Assembly (NCBI GenBank): GCA_046734995.1
Contig: JBKPSK010000005.1
Location: forward strand, 1,150-65,149
DNA length: 64,000 nt
Source: Pseudomonadota bacterium
Lineage (GTDB): Bacteria > Pseudomonadota > Alphaproteobacteria > Sphingomonadales > Sphingomonadaceae
Direction of reading: 5' to 3'
Below the pieces are notes generated by a model. The model was not told where the DNA came from. It saw only the letters and a list, made by a program, of their open reading frames with translations, and did no database searches. The translations under genes and the position numbers were made by a program. Shown here in pieces: positions 42,253 through 51,689 of the stretch (position 1 is the stretch's first letter; every line of letters starts with the position of its first letter).

Positions 42253-42323
42253 CGCTTCGCGTTCTTCGCGGCTTCGCGTGAACCAATTCTCTTCTGGATT
42301 GCTTCGCTTCACTCGCAATGACG
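42253..42323. repeat. Short CTTCGC(G) repeats plus a REP-like half element
   Basis: cttcgcgttcttcgcggcttcgcgtga, then ctggattgcttcgcttcactcgcaatgacg hairpin. Confidence 0.6.
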
Positions 42324-42337
42324 TTTAGAGCCTTATC

Positions 42338-44569
42338 ATGCCCCGCAAGCCCAAGTCTGGCCTCCCGACCCGTCAGCAGATCCTCGACTTCATCGCCGAG
42401 TCAGGCCAGCCCGCGGGCAAGCGCGAGATTGGGCGGGCGTTTGGCCTGAGCGGTCATGACAAGATCCTGCTGAAGGCCCTGCTCAAGGACATGGCAGATG
42501 AGGGGCTGATCGACGCATCGCCCGGCCGCGCCTTCCACAAGGCGGGTGGAGTGCCGAAGGTCACTGTCCTGCGCGTCGCCTCGGTCGACGATAGCGGCAA
42601 CGTCTGGGCGGTGCCCGAGCAATGGCACGCCGAAACGCCGGCGCCGAAGCTCCGGGTCATCGAGCGCGGACGGCGCTCGGCGCTGGCGCTCAACGACCGC
42701 ATCCTGGCGCGTACTGAGGAGCGCGGGCAGGGGCATGTGGCGCATCCGATGAAGAAGCTCGCTCGTGCCGCCGAACTGGTGCTGGGCGTGGTTCGGCAGG
42801 AGGGCGACCGCTTCTGGCTCACCCCGGTCGAGAAGAAGGAGCGGCGCGAGTTGGCGATCAGCGAATTGGGCGACGCCCAAGCCGGCGACCTGGTGCTCGC
42901 CGAGCCGTCGGGCCGGCCGCCGCGCGTATCGGCGCGGGTCGATGCCGTGCTCGGCGACCCCTTCGCGCCGCGCAGCTTCTCGCTGATCGCCATCCACAAG
43001 CACGGGATCCGCGACCGCTTCAATGACGAGGCGATTGCGGAGGCAGCAGTAGTTTCAAAGATGCCGCTCAGCGACGAGCGCGAAGACCTGACGCACCTTC
43101 CCATCGTCGCCATCGACCCGGCGGACGCACGCGACCATGACGATGCGATTTGGGCGGAGGCGCGCGAGGACAAGGACGGCTGGGACGCGATTGTCGCCAT
43201 TGCCGACGTCAGCTTCTACGCCCGCCCCGGCAGCGAGCTCGACAAGGAAGCGCGCGCCCGCGGCAACAGCGTCTATTTCCCCGACCGGGTCGTGCCGATG
43301 CTGCCCGAAGAATTGTCGGCGGACATCTGCTCATTGAAGGAGGGGCAGGCGCGGGCGGCCATGGCCTGCCACCTGCATGTCGGCAAGGATGGGCAGCTGA
43401 AAAGCTGGAGATTTGCGCGCGCGAAGATTTGCGTTGCGGCAAACATTGCCTATGAGGATGCTCAAGCGGCGATCGATGGAACACCGGGCCTGGTTGATCC
43501 GCAAGTCGTTGAAAAGGCGCTGAAACCGCTCTGGCAATGCTGGACCGCCTTGCTTGCTGCGCGCAACAGACGCCAGCCGCTCGAGCTCGACATTCCGGAG
43601 CGTCGGGTGGTGCTCGACGAGAAGGGTCGGATCCTGTCGGTGGCCGCGCGCGAGCGGCTCGACGCCCACCGGCTGGTCGAGGACTACATGATCGCCGCCA
43701 ATGTCGCGGCGGCCAGGGCGCTGGAAGCGAAGAAAGCACCGGTCATGTATCGCGTCCATGAGGCGCCGGGCCGCGAGAAGCTGGTCGCGCTCAAGGACTA
43801 TCTCGCCACTTTCGATCTCGAATTCGCGCTCGGCCAGGTGATCCGGCCAGCCATCTTCAATGCCATCATCACTCGCTTCGGCGAGCGCGAGGGCCGGCAA
43901 GAGATCATGGAGCAATTGCTGCGCACGCAGATGCAGGCGCGCTATTCGCCCGAGCGCCTCGGCCACTTCGGCCTCGCCCTTCCCACCTACGCCCATTTCA
44001 CCTCTCCGATCCGCCGTTACGCCGACCTGATCGTTCACCGTGCGCTGACGCGCTCCTACCGGCTCGGCGAAGGCGGGCTGACCGACCATGAGGCGGAAGC
44101 GATGGAGGTCACCGGCGAGCTCATCTCCATGCTGGAGCGGCGCGCCATGGAGGCCGAGCGCGATACCGTCGACCGCTATGTCGCCGCCTTCCTCGCCGAC
44201 CAGGTCGGCCAGATCGTGCGGTGCCGGATCACGGGCGTCCAACCGTTCGGCTTCTTCGCAACGGTCGACGAGCTTGGCGGCGACGGGCTGGTGCTCGCCG
44301 CCGACCTTGGCACCGAATATTTTCGCTATGACGAAAAGGCGCGGACCCTGGTCGGCGAAGAGAGCGGCGAGACCTACCGGGTCGGCCAAAGGCTGGAGCT
44401 CCGGCTCGCCGAGGCCAATCCGGTCTCGGGCGGCCTCCGCTTCGAGCTTCCCGAGGGCAGTTACGGCGGGCCGTCACGCCCGCGCCGCGATCGTGTCCGC
44501 GCCGGTGCCAAGCCCCCGCCGCGCCGCGGCCGCCCCGCCAACATCCGTCATTCCAGTCGCCGCAGATAG
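42338..44569 (+). CDS. rnr: Ribonuclease R
   Basis: IDPADARDHDDA, RGNSVYFP, HFTSPIRRYADL, S1 domain, basic tail. Confidence 0.97.
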   Translation: MPRKPKSGLPTRQQILDFIAESGQPAGKREIGRAFGLSGHDKILLKALLKDMADEGLIDASPGRAFHKAGGVPKVTVLRVASVDDSGNVWAVPEQWHAETPAPKLRVIERGRRSALALNDRILARTEERGQGHVAHPMKKLARAAELVLGVVRQEGDRFWLTPVEKKERRELAISELGDAQAGDLVLAEPSGRPPRVSARVDAVLGDPFAPRSFSLIAIHKHGIRDRFNDEAIAEAAVVSKMPLSDEREDLTHLPIVAIDPADARDHDDAIWAEAREDKDGWDAIVAIADVSFYARPGSELDKEARARGNSVYFPDRVVPMLPEELSADICSLKEGQARAAMACHLHVGKDGQLKSWRFARAKICVAANIAYEDAQAAIDGTPGLVDPQVVEKALKPLWQCWTALLAARNRRQPLELDIPERRVVLDEKGRILSVAARERLDAHRLVEDYMIAANVAAARALEAKKAPVMYRVHEAPGREKLVALKDYLATFDLEFALGQVIRPAIFNAIITRFGEREGRQEIMEQLLRTQMQARYSPERLGHFGLALPTYAHFTSPIRRYADLIVHRALTRSYRLGEGGLTDHEAEAMEVTGELISMLERRAMEAERDTVDRYVAAFLADQVGQIVRCRITGVQPFGFFATVDELGGDGLVLAADLGTEYFRYDEKARTLVGEESGETYRVGQRLELRLAEANPVSGGLRFELPEGSYGGPSRPRRDRVRAGAKPPPRRGRPANIRHSSRRR

Positions 44570-44579
44570 GAGAAACGCA

Positions 44580-45197
44580 GTGGAACGCTACAAGATTGCG
44601 ATGCTTGTCGGGAGTCTCCGGAAGGACAGCATCAACCGCAAGGTCGCCCGCTCGATGTGCGCGCTCAAGGGCGACAATCTGGACTGCTCAATGATCGAGA
44701 TCGGCGACCTGCCGCTCTACAACCAGGACCTCGACGCCAGCCCGCCCGAGCAATGGGTGCGCTTCCGCGAGCAGATCGCCGCGGCGGACGGCATATTGTT
44801 CTGCACGCCCGAATATAATCGCGGCGTCCCCGGCGTCCTCAAGAACGCGGTCGATGTCGGCTCGCGGCCCTATGGCAAGAGCGTCTGGGATCAAAAGCCG
44901 GCGGCGATCGTCAGTGCGTCACCGGGATCGATCGGCGGCTTCGGCGCCAATCACCAACTGCGCCAGGCCTGCGTCTTTTTGAACATGCCAGTCATGCTGC
45001 AACCCGAGGCATATCTCGGCCATGTCAATGACGACAGTTTCGATTCCGACGGCTGCCTGAAGGAAGGGCCGTTGAAGGAGCTGGTCACCAAGCTCGCCTT
45101 CGCCTTCCATGGCTGGGTGGACGCCATTCTTCGCGGCCGCGCGCTGCTGCTGCACGACGCAGCCAAGGAGGCGGCGAAGGCGAAAGAGCCGGCCTGA
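44580..45197 (+). CDS. NAD(P)H-dependent FMN reductase (ChrR/YieF-like)
   Basis: GGAG RBS plus GTG; VGSLRKDSIN, TPEYN, LKNAVD. Confidence 0.93.
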   Translation: MERYKIAMLVGSLRKDSINRKVARSMCALKGDNLDCSMIEIGDLPLYNQDLDASPPEQWVRFREQIAAADGILFCTPEYNRGVPGVLKNAVDVGSRPYGKSVWDQKPAAIVSASPGSIGGFGANHQLRQACVFLNMPVMLQPEAYLGHVNDDSFDSDGCLKEGPLKELVTKLAFAFHGWVDAILRGRALLLHDAAKEAAKAKEPA

Positions 45198-45209
45198 CCG
45201 ACGCTGCCG

Positions 45210-46337
45210 CTATACCCCGCCCTGATAGGGGAACTGGGCCGTCGGCATGTATTTCTGCGGAAAATGCCTGCGGATCGCCGTGTCGCAGATCGCATAGCCC
45301 CAGTTGATCAACCGATCCTGCAGCTCGGCCGGCAATCGGGCCAGCCTGGTAGGTACGCGAGCAAGCTCGGACGTCCGATCAAGAGGTGCGGGAAGCGCAT
45401 CCGCCAGATGATAATGACCGACGTCCGAGCCGATGCCCCAGTAAGTCCCCCGGCGCCATCCCCGCTCGCCTTCCTTCGCCTTGAACGATGCGATCAGCTG
45501 CCGCTGGCGGAGCGACGTGACCTGCCCATGGATGATGCCGATCACTCGCCACGAATGGCCGGCCCAGTTGGAGGCGGGGTCCGGCGTCGGGTCGATCGCC
45601 GCCCCGGCATTCGACACCAGCACATTCCGATAGGCTTTCCACACCGTCTCGAGGCCGAGATTGTCGTAGACGCCGCCGTCGGTGAGGCTGATGTCCTTGA
45701 GGAGCGCCTTGTCGTCCGCCGTCACTTTCGAAAAATCTCCTGCGTCGACGCGAAGCAGGTAGGGGGAAAGGAATGGCGGGAAGGCTGAGGATGCGGCGAC
45801 CGCGCTCGCGAGGGACAAGGTCGGCCGGTCAATCTGACCCACTTTATAGTCGGCCATGGACGCCCGCGAGAAACGCCACAGCGTGCCGGTCTCGACATTG
45901 GTCGCATTGATGACGAATTCCGGCCTGCCGGGCAGGTCTTGCAGCGACGCCCTGCCGAACAATAGCCGGCGATAGGCCCAGGCTACATAATCCGCGACGT
46001 GGCCGGGGAGCACGGTTCCGGCGATGATCGCCGGCACATCGATGGTGATGCCGGCGACCTTGCGGATCGGATCGACGACGTGGTCGATAAAGTCCTGGCG
46101 AGTGTTGAGCCTGTTCCATTCGAGGGCGACTTTCGCCGAGGTGATCGAGCCGCCGGATACGCTCGAAATGCGGCTGGCCCTCTGCAGCAGTCCGACTTCG
46201 AACAAACGCAGGAAAGCGCCGAGGTGAAAGAGCATGGCGCGATAGCCGCCGCCCGAAATCGAAATGCCGATCCCGGGCGACGGCCCGCGGGGCTTCTGGT
46301 CGGCAAGCGGCGATACAGGCTCGACGAGGGCGACCAT
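45210..46337 (-). CDS. Patatin-like phospholipase
   Basis: SGGGYRA, SVSGGS nucleophile elbow, AASSAFP, DGGVYDNLG. Confidence 0.92.
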   Translation of the reverse strand: MVALVEPVSPLADQKPRGPSPGIGISISGGGYRAMLFHLGAFLRLFEVGLLQRASRISSVSGGSITSAKVALEWNRLNTRQDFIDHVVDPIRKVAGITIDVPAIIAGTVLPGHVADYVAWAYRRLLFGRASLQDLPGRPEFVINATNVETGTLWRFSRASMADYKVGQIDRPTLSLASAVAASSAFPPFLSPYLLRVDAGDFSKVTADDKALLKDISLTDGGVYDNLGLETVWKAYRNVLVSNAGAAIDPTPDPASNWAGHSWRVIGIIHGQVTSLRQRQLIASFKAKEGERGWRRGTYWGIGSDVGHYHLADALPAPLDRTSELARVPTRLARLPAELQDRLINWGYAICDTAIRRHFPQKYMPTAQFPYQGGV

Positions 46338-46373
46338 GGCAATTCCCGTTCCGATCGGGTCAACCGAGCCGCC

Positions 46374-47597
46374 TCAGGTTACCTTGGCGCGCTCTTTAAA
46401 GCGAGGCTCGTCCCACTCGCGGATCGCCAGGATATCGGCCAGCAATGCGGCCGCACGCACCATGTCGGCAAAACCATTGTAAAGGGGCGCGAAGCCGAAG
46501 CGCATGTGGTCGGGCGCGCGGAAGTCGCCAATCACGCCCCGCGCGATCAGCGCCTGCATGACGGCATAGCCTTCGGGATGGGCGAAGACGACGTGGCTCC
46601 CGCGCTGCGACGGGTCGCGCGGCGATTCCAGCCGCACCTCGCTTCCACAGCGCGCCTCGACCTCGGCGATGAACAATTGCGAGAGGGCGTGCGACTTCGC
46701 CTCCAGGTCGGCCATGCTTATGCCGCCGAACGTGTCGAGCCCGGCCTCGAGCGCGGCGAGGGCAAGGATCGACGGCGTTCCGGTCAGGAACTTGAGGATG
46801 CCGGCAGCGGGCCGGTAATCGTCGACGAAGGCGAACGGCTCGGCATGGCCCATCCAGCCCTGAAGCGGTGAGCGAAGCTCATCCTGCAATGTCTCTGCGA
46901 CGAACAGATAGGCCGGCGCGCCTGGACCGCCATTCAGATATTTATAGCCGCAGCCGACCGCCAGGTCCGAGCCCGTCGCATCGAGGTCGAGCTGGATCGC
47001 GCCGGCGCTGTGCGACAGGTCCCACAGCATGAGGGCGCCGGCGGCGTGGGCGGCCTCGTTCACCGCGCGCATGTCGTAAAAGGCGGCACTGCGGTAATCG
47101 ACATGGGTCAGAGTTACGATCGCCGTGCTCTCGTCGATCGCGCCGATCACGTCATTTGCGGACACGGCGACGAACTCCAGCCCCAGCATCTCGCACAGCC
47201 CCTGCGCGACATAGAGATCGGTCGGAAAATTGTGCCGCTGGCTGACGATTTTGCGTCTCCCCGGCCGCGCGCGCACCGCCGCTGCCAGCAATTTGAACAG
47301 GCAGACGCTGGTCGAATCCGCGATCAGCAGCTCGCTGGGTTTCGCCCCGACAATCGGCGCGAGCTTCGCCGCGATCCTGACCGGCCAGTCGATCCAGTCG
47401 TGCCTGGTCCAGCTGGCGATGAGGTCCTGGCCCCATTGCTGCTCGGCGGTGTTCGCCAGCGCTGCCGGCGCGGCGGCGGGCAGCGCGCCCAGGGAATTGC
47501 CGTCGAGGTAGATCTTCCCCTCGGGCAGGCGGAACCGCTCGCCGGCGAAGGACAGCGGGTCGGCGGCGTCGAGGGCGGCGGCTTCCTCCAGCGTCAT
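46374..47597 (-). CDS. kynU: Kynureninase
   Basis: [29 protein letters not shown]; start set at ATG 47597. Confidence 0.96.
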   Translation of the reverse strand: MTLEEAAALDAADPLSFAGERFRLPEGKIYLDGNSLGALPAAAPAALANTAEQQWGQDLIASWTRHDWIDWPVRIAAKLAPIVGAKPSELLIADSTSVCLFKLLAAAVRARPGRRKIVSQRHNFPTDLYVAQGLCEMLGLEFVAVSANDVIGAIDESTAIVTLTHVDYRSAAFYDMRAVNEAAHAAGALMLWDLSHSAGAIQLDLDATGSDLAVGCGYKYLNGGPGAPAYLFVAETLQDELRSPLQGWMGHAEPFAFVDDYRPAAGILKFLTGTPSILALAALEAGLDTFGGISMADLEAKSHALSQLFIAEVEARCGSEVRLESPRDPSQRGSHVVFAHPEGYAVMQALIARGVIGDFRAPDHMRFGFAPLYNGFADMVRAAALLADILAIREWDEPRFKERAKVT

Positions 47598-48148
47598 AGC
47601 TTGGGCAGCGTCACGCCCTTCTGGCCCATATATTTGCCGGCGCGGTCGGCGTAGCTCACCTCGCACGGCTCGTTGCCCTGGAGGAACAGGAACTGGCAGG
47701 CGCCCTCGTTGGCATAGACCTTCGCGGGGAGCGGCGTCGTGTTCGAGAACTCGAGTGTGACGTGCCCTTCCCAACCCGGCTCGAGCGGCGTCACGTTGAC
47801 GATGATTCCGCATCGCGCATAGGTCGATTTGCCAAGGCAGATGACGAGGATGTCGCGCGGGATCCGGAAATATTCGACTGTGCGGGCAAGCGCGAAGCTG
47901 TTGGGCGGGATGATGCAGACGTTGGTCTGCCGATCGACGAAGCTGTTCGAGGCGAAATCCTTGGGGTCGACCACCGCCGAATCGACGTTGGTGAAGATCT
48001 TGAATTCGTCGGCGACGCGCGCGTCATAGCCGTAGGACGACAGGCCGTAGCTGATGCAGCCCTCGCGGCGCTGCGCCTCGACGAACGGCTCGATCATGCC
48101 GGTGGCCTGGGCCTGCTCGCGAATCCAGCGGTCGGAAAGAATGCTCAT
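47594..48148 (-). CDS. dcd: dCTP deaminase
   Basis: [28 protein letters not shown]. Confidence 0.97.
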   Translation of the reverse strand: MSILSDRWIREQAQATGMIEPFVEAQRREGCISYGLSSYGYDARVADEFKIFTNVDSAVVDPKDFASNSFVDRQTNVCIIPPNSFALARTVEYFRIPRDILVICLGKSTYARCGIIVNVTPLEPGWEGHVTLEFSNTTPLPAKVYANEGACQFLFLQGNEPCEVSYADRAGKYMGQKGVTLPKL

Positions 48149-48269
48149 GGCTTTCGGCCTAAACGGCCGGGGCGAAGCCTTCAATTCGGCGACGATTATT
48201 TCTGTGGACCGACCGCGCCTGTGAGATTTGCGGCTTTTAACCACCTGAGGGTTGGGAAGCGCTCACAGA

Positions 48270-48278
48270 TAATCCACA
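48270..48278 (+). promoter_or_regulatory. DnaA-box-like 9-mer upstream of dnaB
   Basis: TAATCCACA, one mismatch to TTATCCACA; weaker opposite-strand match at 48203-48211. Confidence 0.45.
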
Positions 48279-48334
48279 GGCGTGCTATCTTTGTTCTCGC
48301 TTGGACTGAGCAGCGAAAAGCATAGAGCAGACCC

Positions 48335-49822
48335 ATGGCCGAAGTTGTCCGAATCGGCGGGAGCGAGCCTCCCGCAACGCCCTCGCTCCCCCAGAATATC
48401 GAGGCGGAAGCCGCGCTCCTGGGCGCGCTGATGATCGACAACCGGCTGGTCGAGGACGTCCAGATCCGACTGCGGGCGGACCATTTCTACGAGCCGCTGC
48501 ACGGCCGGATCTACGAGGCCATCCTCAGGATGACCGACAAGAACATGGTCGCCAATCCGGTGACCTTGAAGCCCTTGTTCGAATCCGACGAGGCGATGAA
48601 GCAGGTCGGCGGTCCGGCCTATCTCGCCCAATTGACCGGCTCCGGCGCGGCCGTCATCGGCGCGCGCGATTTCGCCACGCAAATTTACGACCTGGCGCTT
48701 CTGCGGGCGCTGGTAGGTGTCGGGCGCGAGATGGTGGAGGGCGCGCTCGACACCTCCGAGGAAGTGGCGCCGCTGACCCAGATAGAGCGGGCAGAAAGCG
48801 AGCTCTACAAGGTTGCCGAGCAGGGCGGCGGCGAAGGCAAGGTCAAGTCGTTCGGCGACGCTTCCAAGGAAGCGTTGCGGGTTGCCGAGGCGGCGCTTAA
48901 CAGCGGCGGGGGTCTGTCCGGCATCACTACCGGTCTGACCGAACTCAACAGCCGCATGGGCGGTTTCCACCGCTCCGACCTCATCGTCCTCGCCGGTCGG
49001 CCGGGCATGGGCAAGACCAGCCTTGGCACCAATATCGCCTTCGCCGCAGCCAGCCGATTCCTGCAGGACGTCGCCGACAGCATCGAGCCGGAGCGCTCCG
49101 CCGGCGCCGGGATCGCTTTCTTCAGCCTGGAAATGTCGGCCGACCAGCTCGCCACCCGAATCCTTGCCGAGCGCTCGGAGATTCCCGGCGAGCAGATCCG
49201 CTCGGGCAAGATCGGCCGCAACGAATTCACCCGCTTCGCACGCGCCGCCAACGAACTCAACAATCTGCCGCTCTACATCGACGACACGCCGGCGCTGACC
49301 ATCGCCGCGCTGCGCGCCCGGGCGCGGCGCCTGAAGCGGCAGAAGGGCATCGGCATGATCGTCGTCGATTACCTCCAGCTGCTGCAGGGAACCGGCAAGA
49401 ACTCGAACGACAACCGGGTCCAGGAAATCTCCGAGATCAGCCGGGGCCTGAAGCAACTCGCCAAGGAGCTGCATGTGCCGGTGCTGGCCATGTCCCAGCT
49501 TTCCCGCGCCGTCGAACAGCGTGAGGACAAGCGGCCGCAGCTCTCCGATTTGCGCGAATCGGGCTCAATCGAGCAGGACGCCGACATCGTCCTCTTTATC
49601 TATCGCGAGGATTATTACCTCGCCGCCAAGCAGCCGGCCGACGACCATCCCGACTTCGCCAAATGGCAGGACGATATGACCCGCGCCTACGGCAAGGCCG
49701 AGGTCATCATCGCCAAGCAGCGCCATGGTGCCACCGGCAAGGTCAAGCTCCGGTTCGACAGCCGCATCACCAAGTTCAGCGACCTCGCTGACGATGCTTA
49801 TCTGCCCGAGATGCGCGGCTAG
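48335..49822 (+). CDS. dnaB: Replicative DNA helicase
   Basis: LPQNIEAE, AGRPGMGKT, VDYLQL, SQLSR, DLRESGSIEQDAD. Confidence 0.99.
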   Translation: MAEVVRIGGSEPPATPSLPQNIEAEAALLGALMIDNRLVEDVQIRLRADHFYEPLHGRIYEAILRMTDKNMVANPVTLKPLFESDEAMKQVGGPAYLAQLTGSGAAVIGARDFATQIYDLALLRALVGVGREMVEGALDTSEEVAPLTQIERAESELYKVAEQGGGEGKVKSFGDASKEALRVAEAALNSGGGLSGITTGLTELNSRMGGFHRSDLIVLAGRPGMGKTSLGTNIAFAAASRFLQDVADSIEPERSAGAGIAFFSLEMSADQLATRILAERSEIPGEQIRSGKIGRNEFTRFARAANELNNLPLYIDDTPALTIAALRARARRLKRQKGIGMIVVDYLQLLQGTGKNSNDNRVQEISEISRGLKQLAKELHVPVLAMSQLSRAVEQREDKRPQLSDLRESGSIEQDADIVLFIYREDYYLAAKQPADDHPDFAKWQDDMTRAYGKAEVIIAKQRHGATGKVKLRFDSRITKFSDLADDAYLPEMRG

Positions 49823-49906
49823 GGGAGCGCGCGGCCGCTTGCCCGGCGGCGCGCGTGGGGGCGGGTGAGGGCGCTGGCGGTTCCCCCTTTCAGCGCCCTC
49901 ATCCGT

Positions 49907-49950
49907 AAACAAGACGGCCGGCCACCACTAGGGTGACCGGCCGAATTTTT
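49907..49950. terminator. Bidirectional terminator between dnaB and the OmpA-like stub
   Basis: cggccggccacc-actag-ggtgaccggccg with T tracts on both strands; second hairpin at 49862-49905. Confidence 0.7.
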
Positions 49951-49967
49951 ACGCCACTGGCCTTTGC

Positions 49968-50069
49968 TTAGCCGCCTTCGACGCCGACATAGACGGAATT
50001 GTCGCGGGCCATGGCCGGTGACGAGGCAAGTGCGACCACGGCGACGGCGCCGCGTAAGTATTTGCGCAT
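49968..50069 (-). pseudogene. Truncated OmpA-like outer-membrane protein (signal peptide plus first strand), or a small peptide
   Basis: AAGGA RBS; MRKYLRGAVAVVALASSPAMARDNSVYVGVEGG-stop resembles the sphingomonad OmpA N-terminus (ARD.S.Y.G.EGG). Confidence 0.6.
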
Positions 50070-50247
50070 CCATTTTTTCCTTGTTTTCCTGAATTGATGG
50101 GGGCCAACACGATGCACTGGGGGTAGTTCCCCGATCAGTAAGCTTTGGTACATGATAGTTGCATCAAGGTGACAGTCGGCATGGGCTGCGGTTCGCCAAG
50201 TCCTTTAAATAGTTGAATGACTTGCACGGTTAGGGCAAATCTACGTT

Positions 50248-51687
50248 ATGCGCGACAAGATGGGCAAAAGGCATCTTCACCGCGGGCGGACTATTGTCCT
50301 CGCCGCATTCGCCACCGCAATCGTGGCTTCGTCCCCGGCCGAGGCGAGGAAGAAAGACCCGCCGCCGCCGGCGCCGGTCGCACCGCCGCAGGTGGCGCTG
50401 CCGGACTCCCCCAACGGCTCGACGGTCCGCTATTTCTACGAGCGCCGTAATTATGCGCCGATCTGGTTCAGGGGCGGAGCAGGCGATGAAGCCATCGGCA
50501 AGCTGCTGACGATTCTTCGCAGCGCGCCGATCGACGGCATGGCCAACGGGCCGCAAGTCGCTGCTCGGCTCGAGGCGGCGGTGCTTGCCGCGACGGCAGG
50601 CGACGAGATGAAGCACAAGGAAGCCGAGCTCGCCTTGTCGGCGGCCTGGGTCGATTATGTGCAGACGCTGCAGCGGCCGAACAGCAATGTGATCTGGGGC
50701 GATCCGTCGCTGGCGCTCAAGCCCAGTCATCCGGACCGGATCCTGGCGCTTCTGGCGGCTGCGCCGTCGATTGTTCCGCATCTGCAATCGGTGTCGTCGG
50801 TCAATCCGATCTACGCCAAAATCCGCGAAGCCGCGGTCGCCGAGGCGGCGGCGAACGGCGGCCGGGCGTCGGACCGCGCGACCCTCAATCTCGAGCGTGC
50901 GCGCATGCTTCCGGCCAGCGGCAGGTTCGTCCTTGTCAATTCGGCCGAGCAGCGGCTGCACATGTACGACAGCGGTCAGGACATGGGTTCGATGAAGGTC
51001 GTTGTCGGCGACAAGGACAAGCTCGGCCTGCCGACACCGATCGTCGCCAGTTCAATGTATTATGCCATTGCCAATCCTTATTGGCATGTGCCTCCGCATC
51101 TTATTCGCAAGATGGCGCCCAACATCGCCAAGGGGCCCGACGCCTACATGAAAGCGCATGGCTATGAGGTCATTTCCGACTTCAGCGAGCATCCGACGAT
51201 CCTCCCGGCTTCATCGGTCGACTGGAAAGCCGTCGCGGCCGGCACAGAGAAAGTGAACCTGCGCCAGCGTCCGAACGGCGAAAATTCGATGGGCAAGATG
51301 AAGTTCCCCTTCCCGAATCGGGAAGGCATCTACCTTCACGACACGCCGAAGAAGGAATATTTCGCGCTGGAGAACCGGGCGAAGAGCAACGGCTGCATCC
51401 GCATCGAGGATTATCGCCGGTTCGCCAATTGGTTGTTCGGGCGCGACGTTGCAGCCGTCGGCAGTGAGCCGGAGCAGCATATGTCGCTGCCACGCGGGGT
51501 GCCGGTCTATGTCACCTATTTGACGATGGTTCCGGACGCGACGGGCATGGCGAGCTTCAGCGACCGTTACGCATGGGATCGGCCGGGAGCATTGGCTGGC
51601 GGGATGGACGCGGGCTTCCGCGTCGGGTCAGCAGGACGTGAAGCCGCGGCAGGTGGCAGTGCCGGATCAGGCGCCACTCCGCAGTAA
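50248..51687 (+). CDS. L,D-transpeptidase (YcbB/LdtD-like)
   Basis: MKVVVG, NPYWHVP, MGKMKFPFPN, IYLHDTP, SNGCIR. Confidence 0.93.
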   Translation: MRDKMGKRHLHRGRTIVLAAFATAIVASSPAEARKKDPPPPAPVAPPQVALPDSPNGSTVRYFYERRNYAPIWFRGGAGDEAIGKLLTILRSAPIDGMANGPQVAARLEAAVLAATAGDEMKHKEAELALSAAWVDYVQTLQRPNSNVIWGDPSLALKPSHPDRILALLAAAPSIVPHLQSVSSVNPIYAKIREAAVAEAAANGGRASDRATLNLERARMLPASGRFVLVNSAEQRLHMYDSGQDMGSMKVVVGDKDKLGLPTPIVASSMYYAIANPYWHVPPHLIRKMAPNIAKGPDAYMKAHGYEVISDFSEHPTILPASSVDWKAVAAGTEKVNLRQRPNGENSMGKMKFPFPNREGIYLHDTPKKEYFALENRAKSNGCIRIEDYRRFANWLFGRDVAAVGSEPEQHMSLPRGVPVYVTYLTMVPDATGMASFSDRYAWDRPGALAGGMDAGFRVGSAGREAAAGGSAGSGATPQ

Positions 51688-51689
51688 CT

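Noticed and set aside
32213-47813. Apparent N-terminal extensions or fusions in the ORF track (rimI from 33049, mmsB from 36561, FMN reductase from 44088, kynU from 47813)
   Set aside because: The extensions overlap the upstream gene out of frame; coupled or RBS-backed starts give normal-length proteins
48149-48334. Replication origin
   Set aside because: Only one good DnaA-box match, no extended AT-rich unwinding element and no typical origin-flanking genes
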